From contig JBHLMG010000001.1 in the NCBI GenBank assembly GCA_048938385.1, positions 160,001 to 224,000 of the forward strand: a stretch of 64,000 nucleotides of DNA. The letters are read 5' to 3'. The notes under the pieces are model-generated. The model did no database searches and had not been told where the DNA came from. It was given only the letters and a program-made list of their open reading frames with translations. This DNA is from Promethearchaeota archaeon (GTDB taxonomy: Archaea > Asgardarchaeota > Hermodarchaeia > Hermodarchaeales > Hermodarchaeaceae). Made by a program: the position numbers and the translations under genes. This document shows positions 10,358-19,328 of this stretch, one piece after another (position 1 is the stretch's first letter; each line of letters opens with the position of its first letter).

Positions 10358-11548
10358 ATGCTTCAACTCGAATTCCTTCTTCCTTGGCTTCCTTGGATCT
10401 TAATCCTATTAGTTTGGGTAATTATTCTCAGTCTCGCCTCAATGTTTAACCTTGAGAAGTATCGTCTTGAAGTTGGTCCATTCATGCTCTTTTGGAGAAC
10501 CGAACGATTCAATAACCTCTTAGATCGAATTGGCCGATGGAACCCCCGGGCCTGGCGATATATCTGGTCTGGATTTATTGGATTTGCCTTCTTCTTCTCG
10601 CTCTATGGCTTTTATTTTCTTTTCCTAAATGTTTGGGAGTTTGTCAAAGGACTGCTGGGTATACCCGGTGGAACCCCTGGTGCTGTTGCTCCACTGATCC
10701 CTGGCGTCACAATGCCCTACCAGACCTTTCTCATGATTCTCATCCCACTGATTGTAGCAATTCTATTTCACGAACTCGCTCATGGCATTGCAGCACGAGC
10801 TGACGATATCCCTGTGAAGAGCTCAGGAATTTTTGCGTTCCTTATCTTCTTTGGGGCTTTTGTTGAACCAGACGAGGAATATGTGAAGATCAAAACAACT
10901 CACCGCCAACGAGCACGGCTATACGCATCAGGCTCTGGCGTCAACATCGCCGTAGCCCTTGCTGCTATCGCTTTAATGACCCTAATGATCATCCCTGCCC
11001 CAAGCGGCGTACTCATTCAGAATGTAGTTCCTGGAAGTGCAGCTGATGGGGCGTTAGCTCCAGGAATGGTAATCACGGGAATGAATGGAACTGCTGTTCA
11101 AACTTCGGAAGATCTCGGGCTCTTCATGGACAACACCGAGCCTGGGGATTTAGTGGTTTTCACTGTCAACGGCGATTCAATACCCATAGTCGTTGGGACT
11201 AACCCCTCTAACGCATCGCAAGCCTACATAGGAATCTATCTGAGTACTTATTTTCCACTTCACTTCCCCTTTAGCTTGCTTGGTCCTATTGGAGGAATTG
11301 AGTTTCAGCGTGGCTTGTTGTGGTTTATCATGATCACTTTCAGTCTTGGAGTTATCAACTTGTTACCAATTCCACCTCTAGATGGTGACAGGCTGTGGAA
11401 AGAACTCATTGATGTAACCATCTCCTTAGAACGGAAAAGTGGTCGCGCATTGTTATGGGGGCTCCGAATAGCAGCATTAGGCACCTTGATTGCTAACATC
11501 GTCTTTACAATCATGAATCCCGCTTTGTTGCTCATGTTCTTTGGTTAA
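10358..11548 (+). CDS. Site-2 protease (M50) with PDZ domain
   Basis: HELAH, GAFVEP, NLLPIPPLDG; transmembrane segments. Confidence 0.92.
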   Translation: MLQLEFLLPWLPWILILLVWVIILSLASMFNLEKYRLEVGPFMLFWRTERFNNLLDRIGRWNPRAWRYIWSGFIGFAFFFSLYGFYFLFLNVWEFVKGLLGIPGGTPGAVAPLIPGVTMPYQTFLMILIPLIVAILFHELAHGIAARADDIPVKSSGIFAFLIFFGAFVEPDEEYVKIKTTHRQRARLYASGSGVNIAVALAAIALMTLMIIPAPSGVLIQNVVPGSAADGALAPGMVITGMNGTAVQTSEDLGLFMDNTEPGDLVVFTVNGDSIPIVVGTNPSNASQAYIGIYLSTYFPLHFPFSLLGPIGGIEFQRGLLWFIMITFSLGVINLLPIPPLDGDRLWKELIDVTISLERKSGRALLWGLRIAALGTLIANIVFTIMNPALLLMFFG

Positions 11549-11593
11549 TCCATGGAAATTTATGTGAGCAAGTACTTGCCATTAAGGACATAA

Positions 11594-12535
11594 ATGACAG
11601 ACAAGTGTTACATGTGCAACGGCACTACCATTTTCTTTCGCCCCTACTCAGGAGAAGCTTTGTGTGAGAAGTGCTTCAAGGAATCCCTCATCACCTCAGT
11701 TCGTGCAGCCGTTTCCAAGTTTACAATGCTGCATCATACAGACCGAATTGCTGTGGCCTACTCAGGCGGCAAGGATAGTCTAGTCCTGCTTTCTACACTC
11801 ATAGACATTCAACGCCGCTTTCCCCATTCAGAAGTCATCGCAGTTACTCTCTTGGAAGGAAGTCAACACGATCAACAACGATTGAAAACTCAAACTGAAG
11901 TTACTCACCATCTAAAAGTTGAACATGTGACATCTACCTACCAGGAACTGTTTTCCCTAACCCTTGAAGACATTGTGGAACGCGCAAATATCTTACAGTC
12001 ACCCTTATCCGCGTGTGCATATTGTGGAACGCTCCGCAGACAAGGTTTGAACATACTAGCACGAAAGATTAACGCAGATAAACTAGCCCTAGGACACAAC
12101 CTCGATGATGAAGTACAATCCATGTTGATGAACCTGATTCGCGGCGACATTCAACGCCTCAGCCGAATCACTCCATTTCTTAAAGGAGTTCCTGGATGGC
12201 TTGTGCCTCGGATTAAACCTCTTTACCATCTTCTCGAAGACGAGATAGCCCTCTACGCCCAACTGCTTAAACTCCCCATTTACCATCCCCCATGTCCCTA
12301 CAAAGAAACATCAATGCGTTCAGAAATTCGTGAATGGCTCAATTCATTTGAAGCGCGACATCCTGGATCAAAATACAATCTCTACGCGACATTCTCAAAA
12401 ATCATTCAGGCTCTGGATTCGGGTGAAAAACCTCCATTTCAAAAATGTCGAACCTGTGGCGAAATCACATCACAAGAGATTTGTGCTGTGTGTTTACATC
12501 GAAAAAACCTCACAGAAGATTTTAGAAAAAGGTAA
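11594..12535 (+). CDS. tRNA 2-thiolation protein NcsA/TtuA (PP-loop ATPase)
   Basis: SGGKDS, CAYC, GHNLDDE, terminal Zn-finger CxxC pairs. Confidence 0.88.
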   Translation: MTDKCYMCNGTTIFFRPYSGEALCEKCFKESLITSVRAAVSKFTMLHHTDRIAVAYSGGKDSLVLLSTLIDIQRRFPHSEVIAVTLLEGSQHDQQRLKTQTEVTHHLKVEHVTSTYQELFSLTLEDIVERANILQSPLSACAYCGTLRRQGLNILARKINADKLALGHNLDDEVQSMLMNLIRGDIQRLSRITPFLKGVPGWLVPRIKPLYHLLEDEIALYAQLLKLPIYHPPCPYKETSMRSEIREWLNSFEARHPGSKYNLYATFSKIIQALDSGEKPPFQKCRTCGEITSQEICAVCLHRKNLTEDFRKR

Positions 12536-12541
12536 AAAGGC

Positions 12542-12887
12542 GGACGGGAGCCCCGACGGTTGACAACCCTTCCTGACGCCGTGCTCACAGCCAGGTCTCG
12601 GACCCGGATCTCAGAAGCATCTACAGTACAGGCTTACGCTGCTCCCTCCCGGGTCTCGCTGGGTTCACCTGTTTAAGGCGATTCAGCCCTTCCTACGAAA
12701 AGCCTACCGCCACCAGCGATCCTCTGAGGCGGATCGTCACAGCCACGAACAGCGAGTCGTACACCAGGTCAGAAAGCCTAACATCGGCATTCAGCCTGCC
12801 TTATAGAGCATTTGCAGAACAGGGGAGCCTTAGCCAGCCCGTAGCGGTGCTGCGGGGCTTCTAGCCCCCCGCCTAGGCTCACCGTCC
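12542..12887 (-). ncRNA. ffs: Archaeal SRP (7S) RNA, with extra hairpin in Alu helix 3
   Basis: Terminal helix GGACGG..GAGCC/GGCTC.CCGTCC; helix 8 motif GACCCGGGAGGGAGCAG; GGGGGG..TCCCCTG helix 3. Confidence 0.9.
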
Positions 12888-12913
12888 AACCTGCTTCCAC
12901 AACCTGGCGCTAT

Positions 12914-13414
12914 TTAACCATTTCTTTGTACACGATTTACTCGCCACACTTGAAATATGAACACAGGAAGAGCTAGAATAAAACAGACCCCACAAAACAG
13001 AAGCACCGTAGATGAAGAAGCAAGATAAAGGAAAGGATTACCCAACAACGGCCAAAAGGGTTGCATTTCTGGATAGAGGAAGGCATCTAAGATTACATGG
13101 GAGTAGGTTCCAAGCAAGGTCGCCAAAGTGAGTTTTGCCCGGGTAGTCGGTTGAGGAAGACGAAATATCTTCATGAGGTCTCCTAATATTCCTCGAAATG
13201 GGAAGAGAAGGAGGGAACCTAAGAGTGCAGCAATCGTCGCTCCAGCGAATGTGTGAAAAAATGTATGCCGCACGGGTAACCCGAGAAGGAGGAACACCAG
13301 CGGCTCAACATCAACGATAACGCTGCCGAGCAAGAATGCAGGGATATACAACAAGGGAAAAACCAGTAACCCGACTAGTAGGCTTGGACCAAAGTGAAAA
13401 GGAGTGAATGGCAA
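12914..13414 (-). CDS. Membrane metal-dependent hydrolase-like protein (DUF4184/YdjM-like)
   Basis: MPFTPFH start (TTG), DVEP, HTFFHT, SHVILD, MQPFWP..GNP. Confidence 0.75.
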   Translation of the reverse strand: MPFTPFHFGPSLLVGLLVFPLLYIPAFLLGSVIVDVEPLVFLLLGLPVRHTFFHTFAGATIAALLGSLLLFPFRGILGDLMKIFRLPQPTTRAKLTLATLLGTYSHVILDAFLYPEMQPFWPLLGNPFLYLASSSTVLLFCGVCFILALPVFIFQVWRVNRVQRNG

Positions 13415-13455
13415 AATGAAAGTCCCCTGCGTTGTTGTAGAGTTCAAATGAAATT

Positions 13456-13541
13456 TGGCGCCGGGGACGGGATTCGAACCCGTGAGTCCAATGGACACAG
13501 ACTTAGCAGGCCTGCTCCCTACCAGGCTAGGATACCCCGGC
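13456..13541 (-). tRNA. tRNA-Ser(GCT), no intron
   Basis: Cloverleaf with long variable arm, CT-GCT-AA loop, encoded CCA. Confidence 0.95.
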
Positions 13542-13581
13542 AAAGGTTTGTTGCTGGTACAAATCGCGGGCTTTTATAAGT

Positions 13582-13992
13582 TTATGTTCTTGGTTTTGGT
13601 AAAATCGCGCGAAAGCCGTAGTCCTTTATGGCTAGAGTGAATGCCAAGAAAAGGATTCCAATAATTGCATCAATTACTCCGAATACCAGTAGGAGCACTG
13701 GCAGGCTCCAAATGATGATATAGTAGAGTAGAATAACGAAGAACAGTAGACGCAGAATGCTATTCACAACCGGTATTACTAGTAATTGATCTAGATTACG
13801 GGAAGCTACCACGAGAGCTAAACCAAAGGCGAAAAGAAACGCGCCACATATCTGTAATAGCGCCGCAGAAAGAGGGCTAATAGGATAAGCCAAAAGAATC
13901 GAAACGAATGGTGAAGCGAATAGAAAAAGCGCTGCTAACATGAGATCATAGATGCCTGCCAATAACACAAGATAGGCAAACCATTTCTTCAT
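13582..13992 (-). CDS. Hypothetical membrane protein (about 4 TM helices)
   Basis: Hydrophobic ORF; ATG start (MKKWF) inferred. Confidence 0.65.
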   Translation of the reverse strand: MKKWFAYLVLLAGIYDLMLAALFLFASPFVSILLAYPISPLSAALLQICGAFLFAFGLALVVASRNLDQLLVIPVVNSILRLLFFVILLYYIIIWSLPVLLLVFGVIDAIIGILFLAFTLAIKDYGFRAILPKPRT

Positions 13993-14065
13993 CGAGCCGT
14001 CACCAAAGGACAAGTTCCTGCTCCTTATCCGCACGGGGTATAAAATAATCTACAGCTCGTTTCAT

Positions 14066-14174
14066 TGGTGGGCCGAGGGGGACTCGAACCCCCGACCATC
14101 GCGGTGTAAGCGCGATATCATAGCCTTCTAGTCTGCAAGGATGTATTCCTTCGAGATAACTAGACTATCGGCCC
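14066..14174 (-). tRNA. tRNA-Val(TAC) with 32-nt D-loop BHB intron (14126-14157)
   Basis: CT-TAC-AC loop; BHB CTAG-TTA..CTAG-AAG. Confidence 0.93.
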
Positions 14175-14245
14175 AACTAGTAAATTGTAATTTCGAGCCG
14201 TCCTAAAAAAGTCTCCCTAAAACTAAGTATAAGTCGAAGTATGGC

Positions 14246-14755
14246 CTAATTAGGCTTAACATCCTCATCTAGAATGGCTATTTGTTTTTTTAACATTTCA
14301 ATAATCTGTGTGTTATCGACATGAACCAGTTTATTACTACAAATGGGACATTTGAAGGCATTCGCCATCGCTTCTTCGAAAGTATGCCTTGGGCAACCAT
14401 CGTGATTGCAATGATAAAAGGTGTTTTCAGTCTCATAATCGAAGCGCTGTCTTAGGCGTTCTAACACTTTTACTTTCTTTTCATAGAGAAGATCGTGAAT
14501 GCGCTCAGGTTCTAATTTCCAATAATAGACAAACCATCCGGTATCCTTATTGCGCGTACGGCGATAGGACGCTAAATGAAGGTCATAGAGTTTATAGAGA
14601 ATTTTTCGAACGACATTGAGACGCATTCCCGTCCCATCTCGAATTTCTTCATCTGTCGTTTCTTCATCCTCTTTTAACTGTGTAACTACTTCATACGCGT
14701 CTTCACCGGCAAATTCAATGACAACTTGCTTGAGTAGCATCTCGCGTCTGGACAT
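14246..14755 (-). CDS. tfe: Transcription factor E alpha
   Basis: TDEEI, VRKILYKL, GWFVYYW, FKCPIC. Confidence 0.93.
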   Translation of the reverse strand: MSRREMLLKQVVIEFAGEDAYEVVTQLKEDEETTDEEIRDGTGMRLNVVRKILYKLYDLHLASYRRTRNKDTGWFVYYWKLEPERIHDLLYEKKVKVLERLRQRFDYETENTFYHCNHDGCPRHTFEEAMANAFKCPICSNKLVHVDNTQIIEMLKKQIAILDEDVKPN

Positions 14756-14842
14756 AGATTAACCTATAATTTACATTTCGAAGGAATAAAGACCTTTTTG
14801 TTTAGCAAGTAACGCGTTATCGGCAAAAAGCCGACAAAAAGG

Positions 14843-15421
14843 CTAATCAGATTCCTTCACTTGTTTTCCATGACTAGAAGGCACAATTTCAATTCGAGCG
14901 TCAGAGTATTTGTGGTGAAGGGCACTTCCCTGAAAGAGACGATCTAAGAAAATTGATAGCGCGGCTACTTCACTATGGGGTTGATGTCCCACAGCTACAT
15001 TATAATTTGCAGCCTTGTACATCTCTGCAGGAACTTTGGGACCACCCACTGCAATGAGCTTTTGGCGAGAAGAGCCCCGAATCTCTCCGATTACATCATC
15101 CACATGAAATCCATACATAGTAAGGTGTATCACTTCTCCCCCCTCCTCTTTCCAAGTCTTAATAGAATGTCGCCAATTAACCCCTGTCATCACCCGAAAG
15201 GCTTGATTCCCCCACTGGGAATTGACTTCGTGAATCTTAGAAGCGATTTTTTCGTCTTTGATGCCTGAAATCCAAAATTCGTCTGCGCCAAAGGCTCGCG
15301 CTGTCAACCCTACATGCGTCGTCAGTCGTTTGTCGCGTTCTGGGCGATGATTAATTTTGAGTACCACAATACGCCATTTGGAGTGGTTCATGTACACATA
15401 TCGCTCTCCTAGTTTTAACAC
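14843..15421 (-). CDS. trm56: tRNA (cytidine56-2'-O)-methyltransferase
   Basis: HRPERDKRLTTHVGLTARAFGA, HLTMYG, QPHSEVAAL; exact start uncertain. Confidence 0.93.
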   Translation of the reverse strand: MLKLGERYVYMNHSKWRIVVLKINHRPERDKRLTTHVGLTARAFGADEFWISGIKDEKIASKIHEVNSQWGNQAFRVMTGVNWRHSIKTWKEEGGEVIHLTMYGFHVDDVIGEIRGSSRQKLIAVGGPKVPAEMYKAANYNVAVGHQPHSEVAALSIFLDRLFQGSALHHKYSDARIEIVPSSHGKQVKESD

Positions 15422-15438
15422 CTTTAACTAGGTGGGAA

Positions 15439-15939
15439 TTATGAGGGGGGCTTTTTTCGTCTAATTTCAACTACATCTCCCAAAGTCGTGCTGCTTTGAG
15501 ATGTAACGGGGGAAAGATCAAGGGATTCAGCTTCTTCGAGAAGAGTTAGCTTGAACAACCTTTCTAGTTTGCGAGCTAGGCTGATTGTAGGGGTAAGCTT
15601 ACCACTTTCCAACTTTGCGATGATGGAAGTTCTTTCATGAAGCTTCCCTGCAACATCTTTCTGTGACATTCCTTGTTGTTCACGCGCTTTCCGAATCAAT
15701 TGAGAAAAGTTGTCTACTGCCACGAGTTCACGGCTTTGTGGTCGGGGACGATGAGACGGGCGTAGGGCTGAGGTTGGACGAGTTTTAAGGACGGTAGATG
15801 GGGGTCCTACAGCAGGTTTCGGTCTATGTACCGGTTCACCCAATTCTGCGCATCGATTACACGCAAAAAGCTCAGCTCCCTCAAGGGAGATCTCTCTAGT
15901 CGAACGACACTCGCGTCCACAAATTTCGCAGGTTGGCAT
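15439..15939 (-). CDS. mbf1: Multiprotein bridging factor aMBF1
   Basis: N-terminal CEICG/CNRC Zn ribbon, HTH, TLGDV C-terminus. Confidence 0.92.
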   Translation of the reverse strand: MPTCEICGRECRSTREISLEGAELFACNRCAELGEPVHRPKPAVGPPSTVLKTRPTSALRPSHRPRPQSRELVAVDNFSQLIRKAREQQGMSQKDVAGKLHERTSIIAKLESGKLTPTISLARKLERLFKLTLLEEAESLDLSPVTSQSSTTLGDVVEIRRKKPPS

Positions 15940-16079
15940 GTTTTATTTTCGCCACCAATTTACTTTTTCCCGCCATTATCTATAAGTTGTTATCCTTTTA
16001 ACGGAGCTAAAGCTAACTTTCATTGGTGCAAGTAACTAATAAAAAAACCTTTTAGCGTGTGTAACTCAGAGAACATGCA

Positions 16080-17285
16080 ATGACCGATTCAACTGATATC
16101 CGTAAGAAGTCGGTCTCTTCAGAAGATTACATTACCTTAGCTGAACGGACCTACCAATTGGAACAACGAGTTCGTGAACTTGAAATAGAACGAGAGCAAA
16201 TCGTAGCTGAACGAACGCGTCTTGAAAATGAAGTTCGGATACTACAAGCGGAACTTAATAAATTACGACAGCCCCCCTTGGTATCTGCCACCGTCGTCGA
16301 TGTCCTTGATGACGGACGCGTTATCGTAAAAAGTTCCACTGGTCCGCAATTTGTCGTTAATTATCCTGAATCAATTATTGGGAACAAACTGGAATCTGGT
16401 GCAAAAGTTGCGCTAAACCAACGCACCCTCGCTGTCGTTGATATTTTACCCATTTCAATCGATCCCTTCGTTCAAGCCATGAATGTTGAAGAAAGCCCTA
16501 ATGTCACTTATGATGACATTGGGGGGTTGGAAGATCAAATTGCTGAAATTCGAGAAACAGTAGAGCTTCCCCTCCTTCACCCTGAATTATTCGAAAAAGT
16601 CGGAATTGAACCGCCTAAAGGAGTTCTCCTCTCTGGCCCCCCTGGCACCGGAAAAACACTTCTCGCTCGTGCAGTTGCACATGAAACGAAAGCCACATTC
16701 ATTCGCGTTATCGGTTCCGAATTGGTCCAAAAATTCATCGGAGAAGGGGCACGCATCGTGCGAGAAATCTTTTACATGGCACGCAAACGCGCACCCAGCA
16801 TCGTCTTCATTGATGAACTCGACGCTGTAGCCAGTCGACGACTGGACATCGCTACCAGTGGAGACCGCGAGGTACAACGAACTCTTATGCAGCTTCTTAG
16901 CATGCTCGATGGTTTTGACCCGCGTGGCGATGTACGAATCCTTGCAGCAACTAATCGTCCTGATATCCTTGACGGGGCTCTTACACGACCAGGACGATTC
17001 GATCGAATTATTGAGTTTCCATTTCCTGACAAGGAGGCAAGAATACAGATTCTTCATATCCACATGCGTAACATGAATGTCGATTCGGATGTCGATGTTG
17101 GCTTACTAGCTACAAAAACACCTGGGGCATCAGGAGCAGATCTCAAAGCAATTTGCACAGAAGCAGGGATGTTTGCCATCAGGGAGCTCCGTGATGTGGT
17201 GAGACAAGCTGATTTCACCAAGGGGATTAAGAAAGTCTTAGGCAGTCTCATTGATAGGGGAGATGTAACAGACATTTATGGCTAG
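16080..17285 (+). CDS. pan: Proteasome-activating nucleotidase
   Basis: Coiled coil + OB fold, GPPGTGKT, C-terminal HbYX (IYG). Confidence 0.95.
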   Translation: MTDSTDIRKKSVSSEDYITLAERTYQLEQRVRELEIEREQIVAERTRLENEVRILQAELNKLRQPPLVSATVVDVLDDGRVIVKSSTGPQFVVNYPESIIGNKLESGAKVALNQRTLAVVDILPISIDPFVQAMNVEESPNVTYDDIGGLEDQIAEIRETVELPLLHPELFEKVGIEPPKGVLLSGPPGTGKTLLARAVAHETKATFIRVIGSELVQKFIGEGARIVREIFYMARKRAPSIVFIDELDAVASRRLDIATSGDREVQRTLMQLLSMLDGFDPRGDVRILAATNRPDILDGALTRPGRFDRIIEFPFPDKEARIQILHIHMRNMNVDSDVDVGLLATKTPGASGADLKAICTEAGMFAIRELRDVVRQADFTKGIKKVLGSLIDRGDVTDIYG

Positions 17286-17291
17286 GGAAAA

Positions 17292-17810
17292 GTGAGGCGA
17301 TTCAAAACGCAAATGGCAGATCTTTTACACAGAGCAAGGGCTATCGCTAATTACCAATTTAATTCACCCATAGGTCACCTACTATTCCCTGCCGAATGTA
17401 CGGTTGAGGTGTCGAAGAAAACTGGAAATCTTCGTCGAATTCTCTCCGGTCCTGTTGTTTTAGCAACAATTCGTGCATACGATGGGCGTATCGTGCTTAC
17501 CTTCGCGGGGGCTCAACGGCTCCATCAGCTCTGTCCATTCCCCCAGCATCGAGTGGTTGTGGATTCGGATGTTGCCGCTTTTATTAAGGAAGGTCGTACT
17601 GTGTTTGCCAAACATGTGAAAGAAGTGGATTCTCAGCTTCGCGCAGGGGATGAAGTACTCGTTGTGGACGAAAAGGATGCCCTTTTAGCGGTGGGCAAAG
17701 CTCATTTAAGTCCACGGGAAATGCTTGAAATTTCAAGGGGTGTTGCTGTGAAAACACGCCATTCGAAAGGATCACAGAAAACACAGCAACAAGAAACCGC
17801 TCTATCCTAA
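17292..17810 (+). CDS. PUA domain protein (archaeosine TGT C-terminal-like)
   Basis: ANYQF, GRTVFAKHV, RAGDEVLVV, GVAVKTR. Confidence 0.82.
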   Translation: MRRFKTQMADLLHRARAIANYQFNSPIGHLLFPAECTVEVSKKTGNLRRILSGPVVLATIRAYDGRIVLTFAGAQRLHQLCPFPQHRVVVDSDVAAFIKEGRTVFAKHVKEVDSQLRAGDEVLVVDEKDALLAVGKAHLSPREMLEISRGVAVKTRHSKGSQKTQQQETALS

Positions 17811-17901
17811 GAATGTCCCTTACACGAAAGAAACTTTATACGAGCTTTTTCACTCAATCCTAAGTATCCTTGAGTCTTATCGCTCCTTTGAGGGATATGT
17901 T

Positions 17902-18288
17902 TTGGTAAAGGTAAAGAAAGTCAAATCCAAAAAACGAGCAATGGAACGGCAGATGCGTCGTATGGGTGTAGATGTTAAGCAATTAGATGATGTTACTGAA
18001 GTGATCATCCGGTTTCCGGATCGGGAACTCGTCCTCTTAGAACCTCAAGTCGTTACGATGCAATCCCAAGAGGAAAATGTCTATCAAATAATTGGACAAC
18101 AAGAGGAAAGGAGTCTCACCGTTTCTACAGAGGCTGCAACCCCTGCAGTTACCGTTCAGACTTTTTCCGAAGAGGATGTTCAGCTGGTTGCAAGTCAAGC
18201 GAATGTTTCAGAAGATGAGGCGCGAGAAGCTTTACGAAACGCAGAAGGAAACCTTGCCAAGGCAATAATAGCGTTAACAGAAAGTTAA
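17902..18288 (+). CDS. nac: Nascent polypeptide-associated complex protein
   Basis: QMRRMG, EEDVQLV..QANVS, GNLAKAI UBA domain. Confidence 0.92.
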   Translation: MVKVKKVKSKKRAMERQMRRMGVDVKQLDDVTEVIIRFPDRELVLLEPQVVTMQSQEENVYQIIGQQEERSLTVSTEAATPAVTVQTFSEEDVQLVASQANVSEDEAREALRNAEGNLAKAIIALTES

Positions 18289-18292
18289 TCAA

Positions 18293-18943
18293 TTATTGAT
18301 TTGCCTTGCGTTCTAACATAGCCTTAACGCGTTTCATTCGAAAGAGATCCTCTCGTTCTTGCTCTTCAAGCATTAATTCAATATAACGAATCGTATTGTT
18401 AATCCTTGGAAGGACTATGTAATTTAGAGCGTTTACACGCCGTTTGGTTTTTTCGATTTCTGCGGCTAATCGCTTGACCGTCGCTTCAATCTCGGCTAGT
18501 CTGACAACCTTATCCAAAGCTAAGCGTGAGCTTTGAGCAGCTTTGTCAATCGCAGCGGAAGTCCCTGCAAGGCTATAATGAATGGAAACCTCTTCCTCTC
18601 GCGTAACTCGAAAGATAGGTACTGAAACCCCCATCATGTTCCGGGTTTCAACATCAAAATCCAGTGGGCTCTTGGCTCCTAAGGAGAGTTCTTCGAGCTT
18701 GGCACCACCTTCGACGAGTTTTGCTTCCATGATTGCTGTAAAGGCATTGGCAAGAGTTGTTTCCATTTCTTCCCTGTACTTCCTGGCTTCCGAGAGGATA
18801 GCAAAAAATTCTCGAACTAGGGCGTCTTGCTTCTCTCTAAGTAGTTCATATCCTCGTGCGGCTAATTCTCGGCGTTCTTTCAGTGCTATTAGTTCCATGC
18901 GTGTTGGCCGAATTCCTGCGATGATGCCTGCTGATTCAGACAT
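18293..18943 (-). CDS. atpD: A/V-type ATP synthase subunit D (isolated)
   Basis: PTRMEL, EIEKTKRRVNAL, EEQERED. Confidence 0.95.
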   Translation of the reverse strand: MSESAGIIAGIRPTRMELIALKERRELAARGYELLREKQDALVREFFAILSEARKYREEMETTLANAFTAIMEAKLVEGGAKLEELSLGAKSPLDFDVETRNMMGVSVPIFRVTREEEVSIHYSLAGTSAAIDKAAQSSRLALDKVVRLAEIEATVKRLAAEIEKTKRRVNALNYIVLPRINNTIRYIELMLEEQEREDLFRMKRVKAMLERKANQ

Positions 18944-18948
18944 GGTGA

Positions 18949-19239
18949 TCACCCTTGTAGCTGAGCGTACACCCAAATTACCCAGATTAGAATTGCACCA
19001 ACTACAATTAACCATTCAACAAACAGTTTCTTAGCTCTCTCAGGATTTTCTGCCATAAGCCCGGCTATCCCAAAGCACAAACCACACACGAGCAATAAGG
19101 GGATAAAAATAATAGATGATGTAAGGTTCCAGTCTAAGTTGAAGGCTAAATCCGTAACTGGAATAATGGCTGCTACTATCAGAAAGAGAATACCCAGGAT
19201 TCGAAGGATTGGAATTAGCTTCGTATTTGGTTCGGCCAC
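18949..19239 (-). CDS. Small hypothetical membrane protein
   Basis: 96-aa ORF with 3 hydrophobic segments, 5 nt upstream of atpD. Confidence 0.65.
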   Translation of the reverse strand: MAEPNTKLIPILRILGILFLIVAAIIPVTDLAFNLDWNLTSSIIFIPLLLVCGLCFGIAGLMAENPERAKKLFVEWLIVVGAILIWVIWVYAQLQG

Positions 19240-19328
19240 ATATACACGCTCGAAGAGATGATAGGGTCGAGGCGAAACTGAGGTTGCTCAATATTTAAGC
19301 CTTGCTCCCTTTACAAAAGGGCTTCTTG

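Noticed and set aside
13414-13640. ORF extensions and short ORFs overlapping tRNA genes, here and elsewhere
   Set aside because: Shadow ORFs over tRNA or antisense to real genes
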